Under the pieces are notes generated by a model. The model ran no database searches and was not told the DNA's origin. It saw only the letters and a list, made by a program, of their open reading frames with translations. Below, piece after piece: positions 24,972 through 37,520 of a stretch of DNA of 64,000 nucleotides. How positions within the stretch are numbered: the stretch's first letter is position 1; each line of letters opens with the position of its first letter. Both the position numbers and the translations under genes were made by a program. The stretch comes from Octopus bimaculoides (taxonomy: Eukaryota). The stretch spans positions 13,544,200-13,608,199 of the forward strand of contig NC_068992.1 of assembly GCF_001194135.2 (NCBI RefSeq), read 5' to 3'.

Positions 24972-25014
24972 AACACAACGTTTCGGCTGATATACACTCC
25001 AGCCTTCATCAGGT
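24972..25014 (-). ncRNA. Minimal type I hammerhead ribozyme motif, stem I partly eroded
   Basis: Minus strand: AC-CTGATGA-A-GGCTG-GAGTGTATAT-CAGCC-GAAA-C-GTT-GTGTT. Canonical CUGAUGA and GAAA core, 5-bp stem II, ACGT helix III, GUU triplet. Confidence 0.7.
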
Positions 25015-25037
25015 AAACCTGGGTTCTCATTCCTAAG

Positions 25038-25039
<2 letters not shown>

Positions 25040-25075
<36 letters not shown>

Positions 25076-25157
25076 GCAGGCCACTGTCTGGAATCGAACT
25101 AGGAAGCTTGGGTTTAGTAGCCCACACTCTAAACCACTACGCCATATACCTGTGGAC
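25040..25157 (-). mobile_element. Very short tRNA-derived SINE (family F): tRNA-like head joined directly to an (AAT)n tail
   Basis: Minus strand: CACAGGTATATGGCGTAGTGGTTTAGAGTGTGGGCTACTAAACCCAAGCTTCCTAGTTCGATTCCAGACAGTGGCCTGCAT(AAT)n. A box TGGCGTAGTGG, B box AGTTCGATTCC. Confidence 0.75.
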
Positions 25158-26614
25158 AATTATGGAGGGTATTCTAGAGCTTATATATGTAATATTTTAT
25201 TATCCTTCTTTAATACCAGTTCAGTGGATGACATGCTGAAACTCTACAGCTCAGTGAATCTTAGGGAGTCGGTACATGTGTGGTTGTTCACTAAGGTGTT
25301 GAGTCAGTTGTCTGTATTTCATTGGTGCAAAGTGATCAACATTTGTGACAACTTCATCTGTCTTCAGAGCATAGAACTGTAATANNNNNNNNNNNNNNNN
25401 NNNNNNNNNNNNNNNNNNNNNNNNNNNNNNNNNNNNNNNNNNNNNNNNNNNNNNNNNNNNNNNNNNNNNNNNNNNNNNNNNNNNNNNNNNNNNNNNNNNN
25501 NNNNNNNNNNNNNNNNNNNNNNNNNNNNNNNNNNNNNNNNNNNNNNNNNNNNNNNNNNNNNNNNNNNNNNNNNNNNNNNNNNNNNNNNNNNNNNNNATAT
25601 TGTTGTACTTGGGGATGGTCATATTGCCAGTTTAGCCAATATATATATATACACACACGAACAATGAGAAAATTTTAAAAGTGCGTCAAGTTTCTCTTTC
25701 ATATATATTATATAAATAAAACGACTGTCCGTAAGGTGAGTTAAGCACATATGATTTATGCATACATATAGGAAAAAAATTGAGAATCACATGTTGCTTC
25801 TAGAGGAAAATATAAAGTCGTTTTTTACTCCGAGTCTGTTCTATAGAAATAGGTTTTAGTGAATAATTTAATGGGGTTTGCGACTGAACATATAAATTAA
25901 ATGTGTGAATAATTGCACTCTTAAAGAACATAACGATGTTGTTTTTTAACGACGTTGTTTGATATACGTAGAATAACACGTTTTTTGTCACACGTACAAA
26001 GGATGAATTAATCGTTTCATTTCGAACATAGCATAATTATATCATCATGAATATGTATATATCTAAACTTGCTAGATAATATATGATAGCTCATTATATT
26101 GAATTTATATAGAATGTATACTAGTTTAGCAGTTAGGAAAGGTTTTAAGCAGCAGGAGTTAAACGACGTAAACGTACTAATCTCTTTTAAATATATAGCG
26201 TGTTCTACGATTATTATAAAGCTGGTCGATAATGGGAAAATTAATCGAAAGTTTCAATAGATGATCACCATGTACACAAATCACAAATCATCAAAACGAT
26301 AGAACTAATGCTGTTTAAAAACTATGAATAAATACAGATATAGGCAGTAATTTGGCGAAAAACAATGTGCAATAAAGTATATATATATTGAGACCAACAT
26401 GTATATAAGTATATATGTATATATATATGTGTGTGGGTGTGTGGGTGTATATATGCATGCATGTATACATCTATGTGCACATGTGTGTGCATAGACATTC
26501 ATTTATATTTAAATTCATTTGTATAAAAGAGTCTTATTCAATAATTTTTCGCTTATATTTATTAACGTGTGCGTATATGTTTCAACATATATAATAACAA
26601 CAAAGCAACAACAT

Positions 26615-26677
<63 letters not shown>

Positions 26678-26689
26678 TGTTTCTACTGG

Positions 26690-26890
26690 AAGCACAAGGC
26701 CTCAAATTTGGGGGTAGGGATCAAGCCGATTACATCAACCCCAGTGCGTAACTGGTAATTATTTCATCGACCTCGAAAGGATGAAATGCAATGTCGACCT
26801 CGGCAGAATTTGAACTCAGAAAGTAGTGAAAGACGAAATACTGCTAAACATTTCACCCGGTGCACTAGCGATTCTGCCAGCTCACCGCCA
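26690..26890 (-). mobile_element. SINE family E, between (AAT)n and (ATT)n tracts
   Basis: Colinear with the other family E copies. Confidence 0.85.
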
Positions 26891-26920
26891 TAGATAATAA
26901 CAACAACAATAATAATAATA

Positions 26921-27007
<87 letters not shown>

Positions 27008-28002
27008 GTTATTATTATTATTATATAACAACATGGATGTGCTACAACGGGCTCTCCATTCAAAAACAAATCTAATCTTGTAACATTGGTGGAATGGGAT
27101 AAACTAACTGTGGGAGATTTGAAGGAAACGGCCTTTTAACGGAAATAATCAGAAAGACAAAATGTCACTGCCATACGAAGCACAGTTTCTCCTATGCACG
27201 ATGGCGGTGGTGGTGCTGGTGTTGGTGCTGGTGCTGAGGATGATGATGATGATGATGTTGATGATGATGATGATGAGGAGGAGGAGGAGGAGGAGGAGGA
27301 GGAGGAGGAGCAGGTAAAGGAGTATTTAGGAGATAAATAAGAATCTAGACTATATTGATCCCTCTAAAAACCCAGCTATTGACTACAACACAACGCGTTG
27401 AACCATTCAAGCGAATACAGTGAAGCGGGTTTTTTTCTTTTTTCTTTCTTCAGCGTTCTCGTATTAGGTATTTTGCACTTTTATACAATAGCATACCTAC
27501 ATACACTTGAAATAACCGAGATATTATTACACGATCAATTCATAAGAACGTACACGATATTTATATCTCGAAAATTTTTAATTCAAATTCTCTAATTGGC
27601 TTCAATGTATGATTATAAATCTTATTTTCTTTAATATATATTGTCGTAACATTTTATTATACAAACATAAACATTGTCTTCATTTTATCTTATGTAGTGA
27701 GTAGATAAGCATACACATAGCCATAGACTCACTCATATATAATTATAATTGAACATGATTGTTTATATCGCAAATATCGTTTCATGCTACAATGTTCCCC
27801 AGGCGAAAATTCTGCAACTCGGATTTTGTAGAATATTTATTGCTTGGATGCATTTTATTTTTGTATTTGAAATATCGTAATATAAGATAATATTACAGGC
27901 CATTGACATATATCTTATAACCCGCATCGTTTTTAGTTATTCAAAACATAAATACATTTAATCTATGTCATTCGATGATTCATCTAAGTTTTACATATGT
28001 CC

Positions 28003-28103
<101 letters not shown>

Positions 28104-28599
28104 TTTCTGTGAATGTCTGTTTGATGGACATATAGCGGTACGTAAGCCGACTCAAGAAATTTCTAGTGAAACATTCTATTGATGCACCTGAAGATACCCA
28201 AAATGGGTCGAAACATGTGTTGTACGCAAAAAGCCTAGTACACATTCCATCTCTTATTTTATTAATATTGTTACCCCAACAACCACTACGAAGTTCCCGC
28301 AATGAATCTACGGATAACAACTGTGCTGGTGCTTTACTCATCATCTATTTTTACATTTTGTACAATTTCTCCGTTATATTGGGTTGGTAACTAAGTTCCC
28401 GCCGTTTGTTTTTTAATTTAATTTTTTTAAAGTTTTAATAACAAATAACAAATAATTAACCAATATTGTATTCACCCTTGTTGTTTACAACTTCTCCCCA
28501 ACGTTCAACAAGATTTTCCATACCTCGTTGGTAAAAATCACCCGATTTCGACTCGAAAAATTGATCCAACCAGGCTCTCAATTCTGCATCAGTGTTGTA

Positions 28600-28775
28600 T
28601 CAGTATTGCAAAGCCAGATTTGTCACAGCCTGTCACGTTGAATCTCTCTGAGAACTATATTACGGGTACGCGTGTTTGTGGAGTGTGTAGTCACTTGCAT
28701 ATTAATTTCATGAGTAGGCAGGTCTTTTGATCGGATTAACTGCAACCCTCTTCGGCGTAATCGGCTGAGTACCAT
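28600..28775 (+). mobile_element. 3' part of SINE family A, degenerate
   Basis: TTGTCACAGCCTGTCACGTTGAATCTCTCTGAGAACTA...CACTTGCATATTAATTTCATGAG matches 8675-8830. Confidence 0.75.
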
Positions 28776-29486
28776 TTGAAATGCCTGTATACACATATCT
28801 TTGATTATGGATATAAGAGATTAGCATAGAGATGGAATATTAATCACAATATAGTGCCAAATGTATTTATTTGTACTAAGAAAGCAAACCACGTTGTGCT
28901 TAGTAATAATATCCGAATAAGCACTTAGAATCTCTCACCGAACAGTGTCAGTCGATTCTACTCTTGCTCTTGACGAATGTGTTTAAACTGCTATTTGATT
29001 ACTTTCACGAACATGATTGAACAATTATAAGCTTGAGTTCATGCACGAAATATAATTATATTGTTATATACGCATAAATTAAAGCACACAATCATTATAT
29101 ATCATCACCCGGTAGCGCTGCCTCCGAGAAATCCCGTGACTTTCTGACGCCATGCAACTCTATTATGAATTGAACGGGAAGGTTGCGTCATAATAAATCA
29201 TTAGTTGATGACACAAACATGGACGCCGCTCCTGTGGTTGCGTTGCAGTTACTTTCTTGATATATCTTGGATAATCCTGGCCGTTGATCTAATATTCCTC
29301 CGTTCAGTATCAATTCAAAGAAGTACGTTTGACTCAGATGAGCTCTTCCGCTGCCTCTTCGCAATTCGCGTATGTATTGTTACGGGCCAGCCTTTCGCTA
29401 GGTGCGGCACACGTTCAGTCGTCTTGCTAGTGATATGTTGATGTTATGGGATGCAATAAGGTGGATTATGAAGAAGATTTTTTTAA

Positions 29487-29562
<76 letters not shown>

Positions 29563-29624
29563 GTACCTGCGTGTGTTTCTGTGCATGTTCATTTTTGGTT
29601 TTCCACTCGTTCATGCTATGCATC

Positions 29625-30050
29625 AGAAAATTGGTGATATCAGCAACACCAAACATCTGCAGGCGTTCAATGACCTAAGCATGAGGCACCATATCACATG
29701 CCTCCTTAAAGTCAATCCAAGTCATAGACATGTTTGTATGCCCCACAACTGTTTTATCGATGACCAGGTGATCCTCGGTACCACGAGAACTCTTCCAACA
29801 TCGTTTTTGTTCCCTTGGTAGTATTTCCTGCTGTGCCAGGATGATGTATGTCTTTGCCGGACATATTATCTGTATCTGCTAGATTATGTTTAGGCATGCT
29901 ATGGGACGGTAGTTTCCCACAATATCCTCCCTTCCTTCTATCTTTCATTACAAGTGTTGTCCTCCCCAGTTACCCTCCACGCCGCAAGGACTGTATCTTT
30001 CTGGACACATTCATTCAATTGGGCTGTCAGTCTTTCATACAACGCGTGAC
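29625..30050 (-). pseudogene. Reverse transcriptase fragment (N-terminal domains), R4/Dong-type non-LTR retrotransposon
   Basis: With frameshifts: LYERLTAQLNECVQ...RTTLVMKDRRKG..GNYRPIACLNII...ILPREQKRCWKSSRGTEDHLVIDK...TNMSMTWIDFKEACDMVPHA*VIERLQMFGVAD. Confidence 0.9.
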
Positions 30051-30063
30051 ATCATCATCATCA

Positions 30064-30136
<73 letters not shown>

Positions 30137-30170
30137 TATTATTATTATTATTGTTATCATCATCATCATT
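30050..30170. repeat. (CAT)n(TAT)n(CAT)n microsatellite abutting the Dong-type RT fragment
   Basis: Directly visible. Confidence 0.95.
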
Positions 30171-30914
30171 ATTCACTTGTTCGAAAATAAAACATTGTCG
30201 ATGGATTGCTAGGTGTGTTATATAACAGAGAAGGAGAAAATAAAATTTTATATCCCAGAATATAACTATACTGTCTTTTGGATCCATCCTATAATCCACT
30301 TAACAAAAACAGACCCTAATCTTTTTTTAGAGTTCATGGAAGTAAATACTTTATACTATCTTACATGAATATAAAATTCAACATCGATTCAGCAGTTCTG
30401 GAAATAAGAATTAGAACTTTTAAGTTGAACTAATAAAAGTTATATATTTTTTCCTTTTTATTCTTGGTTCGCTGCTCTAATATATAATTTTGAAGTTAAT
30501 GTACAGTTCTTTGAGTTAGAATTTTTTTTCTTTTGCCAGAAGAGGATCTAGGATTATTTCTTATTATAGGGTCAAAGACTAAAGAAAGTATATAACAAAA
30601 TATAAAAGATCAATGCATTGTTCTATAAGCTTTATGTTCCCCATTTGTAGTTTATTCAGCTTGTGGTTGTATGGCGCCAAGACTTCCCTATAATTCTTCA
30701 TTCAAGAGAAGCATTACGTTAGGTTATATTTCCCAGTTGGTGTTCTTCACTTACTTCTTCTAGGCCTTTTGAGAAATGGCAGCAACATAATACGTTCGTA
30801 ATATCTATTCCCTGGCATAAATATCTTAAAGTTTCTGTGTTGTAAAGAAATAGGAAAAAAAAAAGAAAAAGGAACAATCATTACATTACACTTCATTACT
30901 CATCACATTCTAAT

Positions 30915-30916
30915 AC

Positions 30917-30960
<44 letters not shown>

Positions 30961-31081
30961 GCAATAATAATAATGATAATAATAATAATAATAATAATAA
31001 TAGCAATAATAATAATGATAATAATAATAATAATAATAATAGCAATAATAATAATGATAATAATAATAATAATAGTAGTAG

Positions 31082-31129
<48 letters not shown>

Positions 31130-31195
31130 TGATGATGATGATGACGACGACGACGACGACGACGACGAAGATGATGATGATGATGATGATGATGG
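30915..31195. repeat. (AAT)n array with a recurring AGCAATAATAATAATGATAAT interruption (3 times), grading into (GAT)/(GAC)
   Basis: Directly visible. Confidence 0.9.
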
Positions 31196-31289
31196 TAAAA
31201 ATAATATTAATAATGGTTCGCATCTTTTGCTACAGCGCTAATAATTTTAGTGGGAGGTTATTGAGTCAATGACATTGACTTCAGTGCTC

Positions 31290-31420
31290 AGCTGCTACTA
31301 GTTTTATCGACACCGAAACGATGGAAGTTTGTATCTGATCTCGGCGGGATTTGAATTCAGAGCGTAAAGGGCCGAACGTAATGCTGCTAAGCATTTATGT
31401 GCAGCTTGCTAACCATTCGC
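31290..31420 (-). mobile_element. SINE family E fragment
   Basis: CTCGGCGGGATTTGAATTCAGAGCGTAAAG...GCTAAGCATTT matches family E. Confidence 0.75.
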
Positions 31421-31451
31421 TCCCTCACTGATGATAATGAGGACGATGAAC

Positions 31452-31497
<46 letters not shown>

Positions 31498-31502
31498 CAA
31501 CA

Positions 31503-31800
31503 ATGCCCCGATGCAGTACAAGGCGGTGGCTCTCATGGCTTCTGATCTTAATTGATTGGAAGTGTTATGTACATTTTTTGGTCTTGGCATAAAAAGATAG
31601 GCTACAGCAAATATTCTGCTTAATACCACAGATTTGCTTGTCAGTTGTTTGACCTTATTCAGTTGAGCATGTTCCTCGGTGGCTGACGATATGTGCATCT
31701 CTGATCATGAGCAGAAGTAGTGGGAGAGCATCATAGCCATGTGTTGAGAGGAATTCTTTGCGGTTTGAATAATTCACCTTTGGAAACATGGGTGTTTTTT
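31503..31800 (-). mobile_element. Repeat family B, 3' portion with adjoining (AAT)n
   Basis: Reverse complement of 13500-13790. Confidence 0.85.
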
Positions 31801-32489
31801 TCAATATATATATATATATGACAGATTCACTGTACTGATTTTTAAAAAAAATTATATGGTCACTTTCTTCCATGCGTCCCCTGATCAAATACATATTAGC
31901 TTCCTATCCTGTCTGATAGGCAATATATTTGGATCAATGTAATATATCTTACAATAGAATCCAGTGCCACAGCAATTCTCCAGTAGCTAGAGGATTCTGA
32001 ACGAACTCTATACGTACGAACAATAGAGCACGCGAGTACAATTATTCGAACATTTTATATATAAATCCTGATAATGCAGATTATACATTGACAAAATCAT
32101 TTATCTATGCGGTAAACACACAGTTTTGAAACCTATGATAATGAAAGCTTTGAATGATTTTAGTCCCAATCAATGCTTCAATATAACTTTATCTGCCTTC
32201 AGCAAGCAAATTTCAAAATGTATCTCGTCTTTGTTTGTCCGTAGCTTTCCTCAGGTCGGCTTCATGTGATTTTAAGAGCCAATGTTCATAGGGGATAAGT
32301 AGCTGAAAGGCTGCGGAAATCACGAGGAAATTACGGTAAGAATGAGGGACGTGAAGGAAGTGAAACAATTCAAATCGTCATTGAAACGGTGTCGCAGATT
32401 TCGAAATAGAAATCTAATAGACAAGCCTTCTTTTCTAAACATAATTCCGAACAGAACATACGAAAGCGTTTATATCTCAAGAGTGGACA

Positions 32490-33200
32490 CGCATGCAATC
32501 AGACATACACATACACACAAACACACACATAATCATACATACAAATTCACATTGACGCACACACACACGAATACACATTAATATATACACGCAACGTGGA
32601 TATATATATATATATATATATATAGACGCACATAAACACACGCACATAGACGTACACACACATACATACACGCACGCAATTACACATTCACGGGTATACA
32701 CACATGCACATACACACACCCACATTCACGCACACACATACACACACACAGGAGGGCACATATAACTCCACACACACAGCCTCACACAAACCTACGCACG
32801 CACTTACACAGACGCGCATACACACACGTGCGGACACACTCACACACATGCACACTCGTACACACACGCACACACACAGAGATGCATGCACAGACACCGC
32901 ATACAAAACATATACATACACGAACACACATACATACACACGCAAACACATACTTCAAACTGCCAGTGAAACATCTTTCTTTTGACCATTCCTCTACGCA
33001 CATGTGAAGAGACACGCAACTACACAAAAGACCACCACTCCTGTCACCATGGTGCTGAATTCTTCCAACAACATTAAGAGACACAACGTTCACACAGACA
33101 TACAAATATAAACAGCCAACACCACACAAACACCACACACACACACATGCTATTACACATACACACAGACCTGCTCGCATACACATACCCACACATACAT
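32490..33200. repeat. Long degenerate CA/TACA/CGCA-rich low-complexity region
   Basis: Directly visible. Source of the spurious V/C-rich ORFs. Confidence 0.85.
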
Positions 33201-33352
33201 ACAGATACCTTATTATCTTACACTCTTCGGTTTTAGAAAGAAATTTTTCCTTACTCATTCCCTTCCGGTCATTTCAAAATGTAACCACATACGGATCGTT
33301 GGCAATTTTTTTCCACCGTCTTCTTTTCCTCTAAGACTTATTTCCGTCTCCT

Positions 33353-33387
33353 GTTTCTGATGAACAGCTTTGCTCGAAAAATTAAAC
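33353..33387 (+). ncRNA. Degenerate minimal hammerhead motif in a pLTR-like repeat preceding (TA)n
   Basis: GTTT-CTGATGA-A-cAGC-TTT-GCTc-GAAA-aaTT-AAAC: stem I GTTT/AAAC and an intact core, but the closing stem II pair and helix III are mutated. The downstream TCCCTGAGCGTC resembles TCCCGAGCGTC in the 5198 unit. Confidence 0.55.
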
Positions 33388-33496
33388 TATCTCTCTTTCC
33401 ATCCCTGAGCGTCTGTTAATACTTTACATCTAACACATCCACGCGTTGTGCTTATTTTCTTGTTATGTGTTAGGTCATCGCTTTTTTTTCCCGATT

Positions 33497-33528
<32 letters not shown>

Positions 33529-33634
33529 NNNNNNNNNNNNNNNNNNNNNNNNNNNNNNNNNNNNNNNNNNNNNNNNNNNNNNNNNNNNNNNNNNNNNNNN
33601 NNNNNNNNNNNNNNNNNNNNNNNNNNNNNNNNNN

Positions 33635-33842
33635 TTAAAATTTTGACAAAGCCAGCGATTTCGAGAGACGGAGTAAGTCGATTACATCAACTCCAGTACG
33701 CAATTGGTACTTAGTATATCGACCCCGAAAGAATGAAACGCAAAATCGACCTCGTCGGAATTTGAACTTAGAACTTAAAGACACACGAAATACCACTACG
33801 TATTTCGCCTGGCGTGCTAACATTTTTGCCAACTCGCCGCTT
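33635..33842 (-). mobile_element. SINE family E
   Basis: Colinear with the other family E copies. Confidence 0.85.
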
Positions 33843-34631
33843 TGTTTTAAAACATTATTAATTATAAATTGCTTGGAATTCTACATAAACAAATATGTAG
33901 TGATAATATATGTCCACCACGCTGTCCACGGACATGGTACGAAATATGCAGGATCGGAGAGTGTCGTATGAATAATAAGAGGAAAACATGTTTGCACCCA
34001 CGCAGCTGCAAGCATAAATGTTCCACCGAAGATTTCAGAAGTCAATATGTTTTATTCTACCTGATAAATAATATGGATCTTATTTTCGTTATACTTCAAT
34101 TATTGTCTAAATAATAACAGTGGAATACTTATATTGTACATCCGCTGGAAGTTAAATTTTAACGAGATGAAGCTTCAACATTTTATCGTTGTGAATGGAG
34201 GGAAACTTTAATGGACATTTGAGAATATCTAGACTTTCATAATATAAATTAAGTAAATTCTGAAATCGGGTAATTTGAAATAAAATGATTCTCGTATATA
34301 ACCTGCAATTCAAAATTAATATAAATCTTTTAAATTTAAGTAAAATAACCAATTATAGCTATCTTTTTACTACTCGTGTAAGCGGAAGAAGCCAACAGCC
34401 ATCTCAGGACAAGCAAGGGAGGATGAGATTACGCATATCGATTATATACAGATGCTAATATACATTCACACACACATACGCCTGCGCGCACACTTATATA
34501 TATATATATCTATATATNNNNNNNNNNNNNNNNNNNNNNNNNNNNNNNNNNNNNNNNNNNNNNNNNNNNNNNNNNNNNNNNNNNNNNNNNNNNNNNNNNN
34601 NNNNNNNNNNNNNNNNNNNNNNNNNNNNNNN

Positions 34632-34665
<34 letters not shown>

Positions 34666-34895
34666 TGTGTGAGTGTGTGTGCGCCTGTGTGCGTGTACAT
34701 ACATGTTCACACAACATGTATACGTTTGTCACTATATAAATACAGGGACATATAAAAATGTATACAATGTGTGTGTGTGTGTATGAGTGTGTGTATAGCC
34801 GTAAATATATTTTTACATATATGTGTATATGTATATGCGTGTATGTATAGAAGGGTGAGTGCATATACATACATACACACAAACACACACACACA

Positions 34896-34938
<43 letters not shown>

Positions 34939-35487
34939 CACATAAGTGTATGTATATACATGAAAATACCTATATGCGTCTTTCCCGTTAAATCAATGGT
35001 GTTATTGCGTGGGCAGAAGTAAGAAATCAATATTTTGAAGGAAATAATAAAATAACTTTTTATTATATTTTCATTTTTAAACAAAATTGGTGGAGCGTTC
35101 CTAAAATTCGGTTAATTTGAAAATTTCCATCAAAGGATTATTTGTAATCTCTCTGAAATAATATATGGGTTCCGATTGGTTAGACAGTTATACTGACACA
35201 ATTTATTTATATGGAGGTTTTTTTTTTCTCTTTCTCTGTGCATTGTTGATGGAGTGTTTGTTGATTTAGGATGAAAATAAAACAGGGCAACAGACAATAT
35301 AATAGTGGAATAGATTTATATTATCAGCAGCGATCAATAAAATTTTCGTATTAAGTTCGGGCCTGGTCACAATCATCGACATTGGTATCAATATCATCAC
35401 CATCATCAAAATCAACCCCCTCTATCACTACTACTATCATCATCATTTCCATCATCATTATCATTGTCGTCGTCGTCGTCGTCGTCG

Positions 35488-35518
<31 letters not shown>

Positions 35519-36209
35519 AATCATCATAATTATTGTCATCGCTGTCGTCATCGTTGTCTTCTTCCACATCGTTGTCATCGGAGTCATCAACATCATCTCT
35601 ATATGTTTCATACTTTCGTATTTATTCTTGTCTTTTTTTCTCTCTCTGCTTCCCTTGATCGCACCCTCCTGTCTCGACGTCTTCACCTCCGACATATTTT
35701 GATGAAAAAATTCTTAAAATCCATCTCGTCGCTGCCATTAGTGACGTCCTGTTATCGGTATGAATCTCGCCCCTTCACTCAATATTCATACATCATACGC
35801 AGTTTCTCCTCCTCTTCGTCTCTCCATTACTCCCTCCCCAAGCTCTGATTACTGTATCACCGATAATGCAAAGTCTGAGTAATCTAATTCAAGTATATCC
35901 GTTTTATTTTATTCATCAAAATTGAACGCAAATTTTCCAATGAACTCGATGCCTTTCATCCATCGTACTTGTTTCTCATATTTGTGAATTATTTCAATTT
36001 TTCAGCATATTTCTCGCACTTTTATTCGCATCATGTACCCAGCACGAATTCTGTGACCATATGTCTTAACATGAGGGCTGAAAAGGCATTCCTTAATACT
36101 CCATTTTAAAGGTGGCCATGTGGGATTTTTCTTAGCAGTGCTTGCGCTATGGATATTCAGCACAGGACCAAGAGACCTTGAAATCGGTATTCTTTAATTA
36201 ATGCACATC

Positions 36210-36298
36210 TGATAATTACCAGTTGAGCACTTGAGTTGATGCCATCGACTACAACCCATACCTCCAAACAGGTGGACTTGTGCCAAAATTTGAAGTCA
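36210..36298 (+). mobile_element. SINE family E 3' tail, opposite orientation
   Basis: TACCAGTTGAGCACTTGAGTTGATGCCATCGACT...CTTGTGCCAAAATTTG is the reverse complement of the tail seen in the other copies. Confidence 0.6.
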
Positions 36299-37488
36299 TT
36301 ATGATGATTATAACTATATAAGCACATCCGTTTCCCAAATTTCTAGCCTTGAAACTATTTCCGAATTAATTTTCCTTGTTTTCTATTATATTCAGTCAAT
36401 TTCTTTTTGCTGAAATATTATAAAACTTTTAATCAATTATTCGAAACATCCAAATAATGTTTCCCTTTTTGCTTGCGTATAATTTAACTACTAATCCTGA
36501 TTTGCCTAAAAGTGTATATTTATAATCAATTTTAGATATTTTTCTCATTTTTTTGTTTGTCTTGAAATATATGCCAATATGCAATCTTCGAATTGTGCGA
36601 CTAATCCTATCAAAACAAAATCCTAAAATAACAATGATAATGAAAAGAGCTATAAAATAAAATTAATCGGGCCAAATAAGCCAAATATTTTCATATGACT
36701 CATATATATATATATATANNNNNNNNNNNNNNNNNNNNNNNNNNNNNNNNNNNNNNNNNNNNNNNNNNNNNNNNNNNNNNNNNNNNNNNNNNNNNNNNNN
36801 NNNNNNNNNNNNNNNNNNNNNNNNNNNNNNNNNNNNNNNNNNNNNNNNNNNNNNNNNNNNNNNNNNNNNNNNNNNNNNNNNNNNNNNNNNNNNNNNNNNN
36901 NNNNNNNNNNNNNNNNNNNNNNNNNNNNNNNNNNNNNNNNNNNNNNNNNNNNNNNNNNNNNNNNNNNNNNNNNNNNNNNNNNNNNNNNNNNNNNNNNNNN
37001 NNNNNNNNNNNNNNNNNNNNNNNNNNNNNNNNNNNNNNNNNNNNNNNNNNNNNNNNNNNNNNNNNNNNNNNNNNNNNNNNNNNNNNNNNNNNNNNNNNNN
37101 NNNNNNNNNNNNNNNNNNNNNNNNNNNNNNNNNNNNNNNNNNNNNNNNNNNNNNNNNNNNNNNNNNNNNNNNNNNNNNNNNNNNNNNNNNNNNNNNNNNN
37201 NNNNNNNNNNNNNNNNNNNNNNNNNNNNNNNNNNNNNNNNNNNNNNNNNNNNNNNNNNNNNNNNNNNNNNNNNNNNNNNNNNNNNNNNNNNNNNNNNNNN
37301 NNNNNNNNNNNNNNNNNNNNNNNNNNNNNNNNNNNNNNNNNNNNNNNNNNNNNNNNNNNNNNNNNNNNNNNNNNNNNNNNNNNNNNNNNNNNNNNNNNNN
37401 NNNNNNNNNNNNNNNNNNNNNNNNNNNNNNNNNNNNNNNNNNNNNNNNNNNNNNNNNNNNNNNNNNNNNNNNNNNNNNNNNNNNNNNN

Positions 37489-37520
<32 letters not shown>

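Larger units (their letters stand above)
24925..25645 (-). mobile_element. Internally deleted Penelope-like retroelement remnant (RT fragment plus hammerhead-bearing terminal repeat), bounded by (TA)n and interrupted by a gap and a short SINE
   Basis: Minus strand 25290-25200 reads EQPHMYRLPKIH*AVEFQHVIH*TG, similar to the Penelope RT N-terminal motif YGLPKIHK..PLRPI.S. A hammerhead core lies downstream at 24972-25014. Outer boundaries are inferred. Confidence 0.65.

Noticed and set aside
35351-35702. Poly-I/M/N/D/H/VC ORFs throughout the window
   Set aside because: They are translations of tri- and dinucleotide microsatellites, with no domain content.
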